From assembly GCA_040767195.1 (NCBI GenBank), contig JAXGPA010000006.1:64001-128000 (forward strand): a stretch of 64,000 nucleotides of DNA. The letters run 5' to 3'. Source of the stretch: Syntrophales bacterium. Its GTDB lineage: Bacteria; Desulfobacterota; Syntrophia; Syntrophales; UBA6807. The first letter of the stretch is position 1. Every line of letters starts with the position of its first letter. Made by a program: the position numbers and the translations under genes. Below are positions 39,507-48,255 of the stretch, piece by piece. The notes under the pieces were generated by a model. It saw only the letters and a list, made by a program, of their open reading frames with translations, searched no databases and was not told the origin of the DNA.

Positions 39507-39992
39507 ATGGAAGAGACCCTGACCATAAAGAAGTACAGCAACCGCCGTCTTTACGACACGGAGGAAAACAGCTACGTGACCCTGGCCCGGGTGGCGGAGA
39601 GGATAAAGGACGGTCGGCGCGTGGAAGTCGTCGACGCCCGGACGGGGGAGGACGTCACCGCCGGCACCCTGACCCAGATTCTCGTCGAAGAGGCGAGGAA
39701 AAACAACGTGCTCCTGCCCGTCCCCGTCCTTCACCTGTGCATCCAGTTCGGAGACACCGTGCTCCAGGAATTTTTCGGGAAGTATCTTCAGCACGCCATT
39801 CGAGGCTATCTCGCCCACAAAGCCGCCGTGGACGAACAGTTCGGGCAGTGGCTCGAGTTCGGGAGCGAACTTGCCTCCCCGTCCGCGAAAACCGTCAACC
39901 CCCTGGAGGTTTACGCCCCCTTCCTGGATTTTCTGAAGGAAATGACATTTCCCGGGGCGGCCGATAAAAAGGAACAAAAAAATAAAAAGTAA
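39507..39992 (+). CDS. phaR: PHA synthesis regulator PhaR-like DNA-binding protein
   Basis: IKKYSNRRLYDTEENSYVTL, VDARTGEDVT...LTQIL. Confidence 0.88.
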   Translation: MEETLTIKKYSNRRLYDTEENSYVTLARVAERIKDGRRVEVVDARTGEDVTAGTLTQILVEEARKNNVLLPVPVLHLCIQFGDTVLQEFFGKYLQHAIRGYLAHKAAVDEQFGQWLEFGSELASPSAKTVNPLEVYAPFLDFLKEMTFPGAADKKEQKNKK

Positions 39993-40129
39993 CACCACCG
40001 GGTCCTCCACGCGGGGTAGCGGGCGTGCCGATTCATTCGGGACAGGCCTTTTTTCACGGGGACGGGTTTTCTCCCTTGGCAAGTGGGAAAAAACCGATTC
40101 CGGGACAGGCCATAAGTTTTCCATGTCCC

Positions 40130-40158
40130 TTGACAGATGAAAGAATTCGTCGTATTTT
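40130..40158 (+). promoter_or_regulatory. Sigma70-like promoter, peptide cassette 1
   Basis: TTGACA-N17-TATTTT. Confidence 0.6.
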
Positions 40159-40194
40159 TGAACGGATTCACAGGAAAACCGAAGGGGGGGAGCC

Positions 40195-40341
40195 ATGAAA
40201 AAAGATGAAAAGAAAGAAATGAAAAAGGCGACCTACGAGAAGCCCGTCCTGACAAAATTCAAGAAACTGACGGACGTGGTGGCAGGCGAATCGCCACAGA
40301 CAGGGCCGATATAGCCGGGTCTGGGTTGCACAAGATTTTAG
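40195..40341 (+). CDS. RiPP-like precursor A1 with in-frame TAG (39 aa if terminated, 48 aa if read through)
   Basis: MKKDEKKEMKKATYEKPVLTKFKKLTDVVAGESPQTGPI*PGLGCTRF*; GGGAG RBS; TAG at 40312-40314. Confidence 0.8.
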
Positions 40342-40351
40342 AGAGGGGGCC

Positions 40352-40480
40352 ATGAAGGAACACCGAAAAGAGAAAAAAGAGGAAAAGAAGGTCTACGAAA
40401 AACCCGCGCTGATCCGGCACGGTAAGCTGGGCGATATGACGGGAGGCCCTGTATACAACGGGTTTGAGGAGCTGGAGTGA
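40352..40480 (+). CDS. RiPP-like precursor B1 (42 aa)
   Basis: MKEHRKEKKEEKKVYEKPALIRHGKLGDMTGGPVYNGFEELE; full YxxPxLxxxGxxxxxT leader motif. Confidence 0.85.
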   Translation: MKEHRKEKKEEKKVYEKPALIRHGKLGDMTGGPVYNGFEELE

Positions 40481-40551
40481 ATTAAACGCGGCAACGGGTA
40501 CTTCCTTTGTCTTGACAGGTTTCGGCCTTTCTTTTCGGCTTCAAGGGGTAA

Positions 40552-40625
40552 GGGGTCGGACCAAGATAACCTGTTCATATGTCAGGATATACCTCCCCAA
40601 AAAGGCTGTTTTCAGGCCTTAGAAG
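40552..40625 (+). repeat. Partial copy of GGGGTCRGACCAAG-ended MITE-like element
   Basis: GGGGTCGGACCAAGATAA...GGATATA...AGGCCTTAGAAG, colinear with 16222-16295. Confidence 0.7.
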
Positions 40626-41439
40626 TGCCTTTTCATACCCGGAATCAAGCTTGTAAGACAAAAAGGGCTCCTGAACAGGCCTCTCCCTCCCCGCCAGGAA
40701 CCGAATCACTCTCACGGTCCCTCGATGCCCAGGCGCTTCCTGACGTTTTCTCGAAATTCCGGGCTGTCTGCCGAGACGCTCTCCAGCGGGAAGCCCTGCC
40801 TCTCAAAGCCGCCCCCGGGCGATGGTTCGAGATCGCTGCAGGGTTGCCATCCATTTCCGCCAAATCCAATGTATCCCCTTCCCCGAATGACCGACGACTC
40901 CGGCACGGACCATGTTCAGGTCAACATAAAGAAGGAACGCAATGGACGTCTGTGAAAAAATGAGTGAGATCGCACTTTACGCTCTGTCGACATGACCCGG
41001 TCAAGGGTGTGGTTCCCGTTGAGGACGCCGCCATCCGCTCTCCGGGACATCCGGCCGAGGCCTGCAGCAGCCTGACACAAATTCGCTTGCCATATCGCCT
41101 CCTCTGTGACATAAAAAAGTTATCAGGCTCCTTTGTGCAAACGTGTTCGACTCTTGCCGGTTCACGCTCACAAGTTCAGACGTCCCGCTCCGCCACCCGG
41201 GCCTACGCATCGATACCCGTATCTCGAAGATCCTGGGTTGATCCGAACCTGATTCGCCCTTTCATTTTGATTTCAACCACCCGTTTCCGTCTCCCCTGGC
41301 AGACGAACTCATGGGACCACAGGATTCCGGCACCGTGTGTTCTTTCTCCCGAAAAGCCTGTCCGTGGCGGTTTTGTCGTGTAACCTTCAACGGGCTGAAA
41401 CCCTGAGCGTTTCATGCCGAATGTGAAAGGAGGACGTCC

Positions 41440-43476
41440 ATGACCGTGAAAGAGGTGACGGAAACGTCGGAAGCTGAAATTGCCGTTCACTGGGGGGAAG
41501 AGGAGTTCTTTCATCCATCCGCCCGCTTCATCGCCCAGGCAAACATGACGGACCCGGACATCTTCGAGCGCTTCAGCCTGGAAAATTTCCCCAACTGCTT
41601 CAAGGAATACGCGGACCTTTTGACGTGGTACGAATACTGGCACACGACGCTGGACACGAGCGACGCGCCCTTTTTCAAGTGGTTCGTCGGCGGCCGGATC
41701 AATGCCAGTTACAACTGTATCGACAGGCACCTTGAAAAAAACAGGAACAAGACAGCCATTCACTTCGTACCGGAACCGGAAGACGAAAGAGTCGAGCACC
41801 TCACCTACCGGGAACTGTACGTGAGGGTCAACGAGTTCGCGGCAATCCTGAAGGACTTCTGCGGCCTGAAGGCGGGAGACATGGTCACCCTCCACATGCC
41901 CATGGTGGCCGAACTTCCCATTTCCATGCTGGCCTGCGCGCGGCTCGGCATCATTCACTCGCAGGTTTTCGGCGGCTTCAGCGGAAAGGCCTGTTCGGAC
42001 AGGATCATCGACTCGGGAAGCCGTGTCCTCATCACCATGGACGCCTATCACCGGGGCGGGCAGTTGCTCGACCACAAGGAAAAGGCGGACGTCGCCATCT
42101 CCGGGGCGGCCGCGGACAACCAGGAGGTGGACAAGGTTCTCGTCTGGCAGCGCTATCCCGGCAAATATTCGTCAAAGACCCCGATGGTGGAAGGGCGCGA
42201 CTTCTTTGTCAACGACCTGCTGAAGACGTATTACGGGGCCCGGGTTGACCCGGTGCCCATGCCGGCGGAAGCCCCCCTGTTCCTGATGTACACGAGCGGC
42301 ACCACGGGAAAGCCGAAAGGCGCCCAGCACAGCACGGGCGGGTACCTTGCCTACGTAACCGGAACATCCAAGTACATCCAGGACATTCACCCCGAGGATG
42401 TGTACTGGTGCCTGGCGGACATAGGGTGGATCACCGGCCACTCCTACATCGTTTACGGCCCCCTGGCGCTGTGCGCGTCCACGGTCATTTACGAAGGGGT
42501 CCCGACCTTCCCCGACGCCGGGAGGCCCTGGCGGATCGCCCAGGACCTGGACGTGAACATTTTTCACACCGCGCCAACCTCCATCCGCGCCTTGAGAAAG
42601 CTGGGCCCCGACGAACCGCAGAAATACAATTACCACTTCAAACACATGACCACCGTGGGTGAGCCCATCGAACCGGAGGTGTGGAAGTGGTACTACAACG
42701 TCGTCGGGAAGGGGGAAGCGGCCATCTGCGACACCTGGTGGCAGACGGAAAACGGCGGGTTTCTCTGCAGCACCCTGCCGGCGATTCAGCCCATGAAGCC
42801 CGGCAGCGCCGGCCCGGGGGTGCCGGGCATTCATCCCGTCGTGTTCGACGAAGACGGCAATGTCGTCCCCCCCGGCACGGGGAAGGCGGGAAACATCTGC
42901 ATACAGAACCCGTGGCCCGGCAGTTTCCAGACCATTTGGCGGGACCGGGACCGCTACGTCAGCCAGTATTACGAGAGATACTGCAAGGATCCGAAAAGCA
43001 AGAGATGGCAGGACTGGCCGTACATGACCGGTGACGCCGCCGTCACCGCCGCCGACGGATACGTCCGCATACTCGGGCGGATCGACGACGTAATCAATGT
43101 TTCAGGACACCGGCTCGGAACCAAGGAGATCGAGTCCGCGGCCCTGACCATCGGCGAGGTGGCGGAGGCGGCCGTGGTACCCGTGAAGCACGAACTGAAA
43201 GGGAAGGAACCGGATCTTTATGTTGCCTTGAGGCCTGGCTGCACGCCGAGCGACGATCTCGCCAAACGGGTCCAGGACGCCGTTGTAACGGAAATCGGGG
43301 CGATCGCGAGGCCGAGAAAGGTCTGGATCGTGCCCGACATGCCCAAGACGCGGTCCGGCAAGATCATGCGCCGCGTTCTCAACGCCATTTCCAACGACAC
43401 GGACGTGGGCGACGTCATGACCCTGGCGAATCCGGAAATCGTCGACGAAATAACCAGGATGGTCAGGAAAAAGTAG
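41440..43476 (+). CDS. acs: Acetate--CoA ligase (AMP-forming acetyl-CoA synthetase)
   Basis: YTSGTTGKPKG, ADIGWITGHSY, VGEPI, DTWWQTE, GRIDDVINVSGHR, PKTRSGKIMRR. Confidence 0.96.
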   Translation: MTVKEVTETSEAEIAVHWGEEEFFHPSARFIAQANMTDPDIFERFSLENFPNCFKEYADLLTWYEYWHTTLDTSDAPFFKWFVGGRINASYNCIDRHLEKNRNKTAIHFVPEPEDERVEHLTYRELYVRVNEFAAILKDFCGLKAGDMVTLHMPMVAELPISMLACARLGIIHSQVFGGFSGKACSDRIIDSGSRVLITMDAYHRGGQLLDHKEKADVAISGAAADNQEVDKVLVWQRYPGKYSSKTPMVEGRDFFVNDLLKTYYGARVDPVPMPAEAPLFLMYTSGTTGKPKGAQHSTGGYLAYVTGTSKYIQDIHPEDVYWCLADIGWITGHSYIVYGPLALCASTVIYEGVPTFPDAGRPWRIAQDLDVNIFHTAPTSIRALRKLGPDEPQKYNYHFKHMTTVGEPIEPEVWKWYYNVVGKGEAAICDTWWQTENGGFLCSTLPAIQPMKPGSAGPGVPGIHPVVFDEDGNVVPPGTGKAGNICIQNPWPGSFQTIWRDRDRYVSQYYERYCKDPKSKRWQDWPYMTGDAAVTAADGYVRILGRIDDVINVSGHRLGTKEIESAALTIGEVAEAAVVPVKHELKGKEPDLYVALRPGCTPSDDLAKRVQDAVVTEIGAIARPRKVWIVPDMPKTRSGKIMRRVLNAISNDTDVGDVMTLANPEIVDEITRMVRKK

Positions 43477-43590
43477 GGAAAACACCGACCCATGTTAAAG
43501 AGTGAGAAGGAGGTGATGCAGGAAGGGAAAGCGGAATGAAGGGCCGAAAAGGGCATCCAGGGTGAACGACAAAGAAGAAAGGAGGGTCAT

Positions 43591-44016
43591 GTGATGAATC
43601 TGATCGTCGAACGAGTGGATGTTTGGGCAGCCGCAATCAGGGACGAACCAGGCGGCCTGGCAAAGATACTCTCCGGACTGAAGGATGCCGGCGCGGACCT
43701 CGATTTCATCATTGCCAGGCGGGCGCTGGAACAACCCGGCAAGGGGGTTGTGTTCGTCACCCCGCTCCGGGGCGACGCCGAGGTCCGGGCCGCCTCAACC
43801 TTGGGCTTCAACGTGACGAGCAGCCTCAAGTCGCTCCGCGTGGAGGGAGACAACAAACCGGGAGTCGCCGCGGTACTGACGGAAAAACTTGCGGCGGCGG
43901 GAATCAACCTTCATGGCTTCTCGGCGGCCGTCATCGGGGCGCGGTTCATCATTTACATCAGTTTCGACAGTAGCGAAGACGCCGCGAGCGCGGAAGCAAT
44001 CCTGAAAAAGGGGTAG
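43591..44016 (+). CDS. Tandem ACT-domain protein
   Basis: DEPGGLAKIL..L..AG and DNKPGVAA.LT..LAAAGINL; AGGAGG RBS. Confidence 0.85.
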   Translation: MMNLIVERVDVWAAAIRDEPGGLAKILSGLKDAGADLDFIIARRALEQPGKGVVFVTPLRGDAEVRAASTLGFNVTSSLKSLRVEGDNKPGVAAVLTEKLAAAGINLHGFSAAVIGARFIIYISFDSSEDAASAEAILKKG

Positions 44017-44363
44017 ATCGAACCCGGAAACGACGGAAAGCGAAAGCAATGCGCCTGTGACTGTGTCCGACCGACGGCGGATGGCCGGGAAGGACGAAGC
44101 GCCGGCGGGTCCCTGGATTTCAGAGACCCGTCCGCCGCCGGTCAGATCACGACGGAATCATGTGACATCCATCGTGATGGACAGGTGGGACCCTTACGTT
44201 GCGGCCTCCAGGGCCTGTATTCCTGAAGCCGGTAATCAGCGGCGCCTCCTCGGCAAGTCCCGGAATGAACGATCTCATCCGGTTAAAGGTTTCAAACCCA
44301 GGAATTGGGGGAAAATAAAACCCGGCAGGGACATAACGTTTTGTTATTTCGTTTTAATATTTT

Positions 44364-44391
44364 TTGACAGGCACGAAATTATCTATAATCT
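44364..44391 (+). promoter_or_regulatory. Sigma70-like promoter, peptide cassette 2
   Basis: TTGACA followed by TATAAT (N14) or TAATCT (N16). Confidence 0.5.
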
Positions 44392-44425
44392 TATGACATA
44401 TCCTATTCACCATTAAGGAGGGGCC

Positions 44426-44554
44426 ATGAAGAAAGAAGAAAAGAAGGAACGGAAAAAGGCTCCCTATGAAAAGCCCGTCCTGACGAAATTCGGGAAGCTG
44501 GCGGACGTGACGGCGGGGGTATCGGAAGGGGCACTCGGCTGCACGAGATTGTAA
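44426..44554 (+). CDS. RiPP-like precursor A2 (42 aa)
   Basis: MKKEEKKERKKAPYEKPVLTKFGKLADVTAGVSEGALGCTRL; TAAGGAGG RBS. Confidence 0.85.
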   Translation: MKKEEKKERKKAPYEKPVLTKFGKLADVTAGVSEGALGCTRL

Positions 44555-44564
44555 GGAGGGGATT

Positions 44565-44693
44565 ATGAAAGAATACCGGGAAGAGAAAAAAGAAAAAGAA
44601 GAGAAGAAAGTCTACCAGAAACCGGTTCTCACCTTTCGCGGGAACCTGAAGGATGCCGCGGCCGGGCCGCCGAACGGATCAAACTTCAAATAA
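44565..44693 (+). CDS. RiPP-like precursor B2 (42 aa)
   Basis: MKEYREEKKEKEEKKVYQKPVLTFRGNLKDAAAGPPNGSNFK; TAAGGAGG RBS overlapping the A2 stop. Confidence 0.83.
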   Translation: MKEYREEKKEKEEKKVYQKPVLTFRGNLKDAAAGPPNGSNFK

Positions 44694-44715
44694 TCCTGCC
44701 GTGGAATCGAACTCC

Positions 44716-44746
44716 AGGCCGTCCTTCGGGGCGGCCTTTTTATTTT
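44716..44746 (+). terminator. Rho-independent terminator, cassette 2
   Basis: AGGCCGTCC-TTCG-GGGCGGCCT + T tract. Confidence 0.85.
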
Positions 44747-44864
44747 CCGGCCCTGACATTCCAGGGTGCCCTGCGATCAACGATCTTCCCCGGGTCCGGG
44801 CCTCCTTTTGCCTCGGCCGGGATGAAATCATATAAGGACAAGGTTATAAAAATTCTGATAAGAC

Positions 44865-44893
44865 TTGACACATTTCATAATTTTTCTTACTGT
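44865..44893 (+). promoter_or_regulatory. Sigma70-like promoter, peptide cassette 3
   Basis: TTGACA-N17-TACTGT. Confidence 0.6.
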
Positions 44894-44928
44894 CTTTCTG
44901 ATTCCATCTTCAGCCTGAAGGGGGGAGT

Positions 44929-45066
44929 ATGAAGAAAAAAGAAAATCGAGAGATCAAAAAGGCCAGGTACGAAAAGCCCGTCCTGACGAAATTCAATAAA
45001 TTGAAGGACGTGATGGCGCAGGGACACACTGGGCCTGAAACTCCGCTGGGCTGCACAAGATTTTAG
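44929..45066 (+). CDS. RiPP-like precursor A3 (45 aa)
   Basis: MKKKENREIKKARYEKPVLTKFNKLKDVMAQGHTGPETPLGCTRF. Confidence 0.85.
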   Translation: MKKKENREIKKARYEKPVLTKFNKLKDVMAQGHTGPETPLGCTRF

Positions 45067-45076
45067 GGAGGAGACA

Positions 45077-45196
45077 ATGATAGGAAAACCTGAAGAGAGA
45101 AAAATGGAAAAGAAGGCCTATGAGAAGCCCGAACTGAAGCGGTACGGGAAGCTGACGGACGTGATGGCGGAGCTTGTCACGTTGAAGCCTAAATAA
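45077..45196 (+). CDS. RiPP-like precursor B3 (39 aa)
   Basis: MIGKPEERKMEKKAYEKPELKRYGKLTDVMAELVTLKPK; GGAGG RBS. Confidence 0.8.
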   Translation: MIGKPEERKMEKKAYEKPELKRYGKLTDVMAELVTLKPK

Positions 45197-45213
45197 GACC
45201 GGAAATAAAAATC

Positions 45214-45245
45214 AGGCCGTCCTTCGAGGCGGCCTTTATATTTTT
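45214..45245 (+). terminator. Rho-independent terminator, cassette 3
   Basis: AGGCCGTCC-TTCG-AGGCGGCCT + T-rich tract. Confidence 0.8.
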
Positions 45246-45328
45246 CCTTCCAGCCGCTCCAGGAAGGCCGAAAAGCAACGACCTTTCCCGGGGAGGAGGC
45301 AGGACGGGTCTAAATGTTACGAAGACCC

Positions 45329-45357
45329 TTGACTGACAGGAAGTTTTTTCCTATTTT
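45329..45357 (+). promoter_or_regulatory. Sigma70-like promoter, peptide cassette 4
   Basis: TTGACT-N17-TATTTT. Confidence 0.5.
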
Positions 45358-45392
45358 TTTGAATTTCTTACATTCCGTGAGGGGTGGAAGCC

Positions 45393-45524
45393 ATGAAGGA
45401 AAAACATGAAGAGAAGAAAGTTGAGAAGAAGATCTACGAGAAGCCGGATCTGAAGCGGCATGGGAAGCTGACCGACATGGTGGCGGGCGGTATAAGCCCG
45501 AATGGTAGTAATGACATCGATTAG
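45393..45524 (+). CDS. RiPP-like precursor B4 (43 aa)
   Basis: MKEKHEEKKVEKKIYEKPDLKRHGKLTDMVAGGISPNGSNDID. Confidence 0.83.
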   Translation: MKEKHEEKKVEKKIYEKPDLKRHGKLTDMVAGGISPNGSNDID

Positions 45525-45574
45525 GGATAACAGTTTAAAGGGATTTTCCGAGTGAAAATTTAATGGCTGAAACT

Positions 45575-45605
45575 GGGCCGTCTTTCGGGGCGGCCTTTTT
45601 TGTTT
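45575..45605 (+). terminator. Rho-independent terminator, cassette 4
   Basis: GGGCCGTCT-TTCG-GGGCGGCCT + T tract. Confidence 0.85.
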
Positions 45606-45676
45606 GAAAGTGGGGAGAGAATGACCCCCGAAACGGAAAAAGGGGTCACGGTTTTCCCGCAACCCCTTGATTTTCC

Positions 45677-45753
<77 letters not shown>

Positions 45754-45838
45754 ACACGGTTTTAAAGATCAGATTTATTAACACAGATTCCACGAAACTG
45801 TCAAGAAAGAACAAGCGAACGAACAAGCGCCCGATGCT

Positions 45839-46405
45839 TCAGGGATCGGCTTTTCCCGGCCCCGCAAAAGCGTATTTTCCCATTTCCGAAATTTTCCGCT
45901 CGCCCAGGGTCGTTATTTCTTTCAGGTCGTCCAGGCTTTTGAGCGGTCCGGAATTTTCCCGGTGCCGGAGGATGGCCTCCGCCGTCTTCTGGCCGATCCC
46001 CGGAATCCGCGTGAGATCGTCGTAAGACGCCTCGTTCAGGTCGACGGGAAGGCCGAAGACCAGTTTCTCCGCCGCCGGCATCGCATCGATGGAAAGAAGG
46101 GGCCTCCCGTCGGGACCCTTCAGCGGGGTCACCCGGTCGCCCCCTCGCAGCGTCTGTTCCAGGACCGCCTCTTCAATCCCCGCCGGCGGCTTCCACCCCG
46201 CCGCCCGGAGAAGGTCTCTCACCGCCGACCCTTCGGGAAGGCCGTAAACGCCTTCCCTGTCCTCGTCTCCCCGGAAGGCCGCGACGACTCCTGTTTCCCC
46301 CGCCGCCGGGACCAGGGTCCCGCCGTGCCGGCATTCCGCTGTTCCCCCCGGGGACAGGGCGATCCAGGCGAGAGAAAGAGCGAGGAGAAGGGCTACCCCC
46401 TTCAT
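45839..46405 (-). CDS. comEA: ComEA-like helix-hairpin-helix DNA-binding protein
   Basis: N-terminal hydrophobic segment, GVYGLPEG.AV.DLL (SLBB-like), VDLNEAS..DLTRIPGIGQKTAEAIL. Confidence 0.82.
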   Translation of the reverse strand: MKGVALLLALSLAWIALSPGGTAECRHGGTLVPAAGETGVVAAFRGDEDREGVYGLPEGSAVRDLLRAAGWKPPAGIEEAVLEQTLRGGDRVTPLKGPDGRPLLSIDAMPAAEKLVFGLPVDLNEASYDDLTRIPGIGQKTAEAILRHRENSGPLKSLDDLKEITTLGERKISEMGKYAFAGPGKADP

Positions 46406-46542
46406 CTGGTCTTCCCGGAACACCGTCTCCTCCCGTAAGGCGCCCCCCCGGGCGGGGAGCAATGCCGGTTCAGCGGACCGCCCCGTCGACGGGGGACGCG
46501 GGGCGGGATGCCCGCGGCCGTTCACGGGGCTCTCCTTTTCTG

Positions 46543-47763
46543 TCAGTTGTCGTTTTCCAGACCGAAGGCGTCGTGAAGGACCCGGACCGCCAGCTCCGTG
46601 TACTTGCTTTCGATGACGCAGGAAATCTTGATTTCCGAGGTGCTGATCATGAGGATGTTGATGCCTTCCGACGCGAGGGCGGTGAACATCCGGGAAGCCA
46701 CGCCGGCATGGCTTTTCATGCCCACCCCCACGATGGACACCTTGGAGATGTTCTCGTCGTATTCCACGCCCTTGGCCCCGATTTCAACGGACACCTGGTC
46801 CACCATGCGCTTCACGTCCCTGATGTCCTTCCGGGCCACCGTGAAGGTGAGATCGGTGAAAGCGTCGATGCTGGCGTTCTGGATGATCATGTCCACCGGG
46901 ATGTTCTCGTCGGAAAGGGGCGTGAACAGGCGGGCGGCGATTCCCGGCCGGTCGGGCACGTGGACCACCGTCACCTTGGCCTGATTCCTGTCGTAGGTCA
47001 CCCCCGAAACGACCTCTTTTTCCATTTCCTTGTCCTCCATGGTCACTAAGGTTCCATCGTCATCGGTAAACGAGGATTTTACGAAGAGCGGGACGCTGTA
47101 TATTTTCGCCAGTTCGACGGAGCGATGCTGAAGCACCTTGGCCCCGGCGCTGGCCAGTTCGAGCATTTCGTCGTAGGAAATCCGCTTCAGCTTCCGCGCC
47201 TTGTGGTAGATGTTGGGGTCGGTGGTGTACACGCCGTCCACGTCGGTGTAGATTTCGCAGGCGTCCGCCTTCAGGGCTGCCGCCAGGGCGACGGCGCTGG
47301 TGTCGGAACCGCCGCGCCCCAGGGTCGTGATGTTCCCGTCGGGATCGACGCCCTGGAAACCCGCCACGACGACGACGACGCCCCGTTTCAGCTCCCGGGA
47401 CATGGCGTCGGTGTCGACTTTCATGATCCGGGCCTTCGTGAAGGACCGGTCCGTGTGAACTTTCACCTGGTGCCCCAGGAAAGACCGGGCCGGGTACCCC
47501 ATCCGGTTGAGCACCATGGCCAGAAGGGTCACCGTCACCTGCTCTCCCGTGGCAATGAGGGCGTCGAACTCCCGCTCCACCGGCTTGTCCGACGCTTTCT
47601 GGGCCAGCTGGATCAGCCTGTCCGTCTCGCCCGCCATGGCGGAGAGAACGACGACCACGCCGTTGCCGGCGTTCCTTTCTCGGATCACCCGGCGGGCCAC
47701 GCTCTCGATCTTTTCCAGGTTCGCCACCGACGTACCCCCGTACTTCTGAACGATTAAAGACAT
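46543..47763 (-). CDS. lysC: Aspartate kinase
   Basis: [29 protein letters not shown], two C-terminal ACT domains. Confidence 0.95.
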   Translation of the reverse strand: MSLIVQKYGGTSVANLEKIESVARRVIRERNAGNGVVVVLSAMAGETDRLIQLAQKASDKPVEREFDALIATGEQVTVTLLAMVLNRMGYPARSFLGHQVKVHTDRSFTKARIMKVDTDAMSRELKRGVVVVVAGFQGVDPDGNITTLGRGGSDTSAVALAAALKADACEIYTDVDGVYTTDPNIYHKARKLKRISYDEMLELASAGAKVLQHRSVELAKIYSVPLFVKSSFTDDDGTLVTMEDKEMEKEVVSGVTYDRNQAKVTVVHVPDRPGIAARLFTPLSDENIPVDMIIQNASIDAFTDLTFTVARKDIRDVKRMVDQVSVEIGAKGVEYDENISKVSIVGVGMKSHAGVASRMFTALASEGINILMISTSEIKISCVIESKYTELAVRVLHDAFGLENDN

Positions 47764-48255
47764 TTAGCGGAATCCTCCCTCGTCAAGCGCTTTCCGTAAT
47801 TTTGCCCTTTTATCTGATTTCGCGGAAATTTCAATCTTTCTTTTGTCCCCGCCGCCATGGTGGAGAAAAACGTGAACGGTCTTTTCCGGAAGAAGATCGG
47901 TGATCTTTTCGGCCCATTCGATGACCATGACGCCGTTTCCGTAAAAATATTCATCCATGCCCATGTCGTCCAGGTCCGCCACGCCGGAAAGGCGGTACAT
48001 GTCGAGATGGAAGAGGGGGGTCCGCCCGGGGTATTCGTTGATGAGGGTGAAGGTGGGGCTGGTGATGAAATACGCCTCCGGCACGCCCAGCCCCCGGGCG
48101 ATCCCCGACGTGAGGCAGGTCTTCCCCGTTCCGAGATCGCCCACGAGGGCGACGATGTCCCCCCTTTCGAGGAAAGTTCCCAGGACCCGCCCCAGCCGGG
48201 CCGTTTCTTCGGGGCCGGACGAGTGAATCGTCACCAGGAAACGATCTTCCGTCAT
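47764..48255 (-). CDS. tsaE: tRNA threonylcarbamoyladenosine biosynthesis ATPase TsaE
   Basis: GDLGTGKT, ITSPTFTL, HLDMYRL, IEWAE. Confidence 0.95.
   Translation of the reverse strand: MTEDRFLVTIHSSGPEETARLGRVLGTFLERGDIVALVGDLGTGKTCLTSGIARGLGVPEAYFITSPTFTLINEYPGRTPLFHLDMYRLSGVADLDDMGMDEYFYGNGVMVIEWAEKITDLLPEKTVHVFLHHGGGDKRKIEISAKSDKRAKLRKALDEGGFR

Noticed and set aside
40625..41400. Short ORFs and possible CRP-like sites upstream of acs
   Set aside because: The ORFs lack motifs and good RBSs; no clean TGTGA-N6-TCACA match.
40195..45605. Repeated units considered as a CRISPR array or toxin-antitoxin repeats
   Set aside because: Repeats are coding, degenerate at the DNA level and irregularly spaced; no cas genes; the peptides are hydrophilic, unlike type I toxins.
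45351..45662. 103-aa minus-strand ORF
   Set aside because: Antisense to precursor B4 and its terminator.
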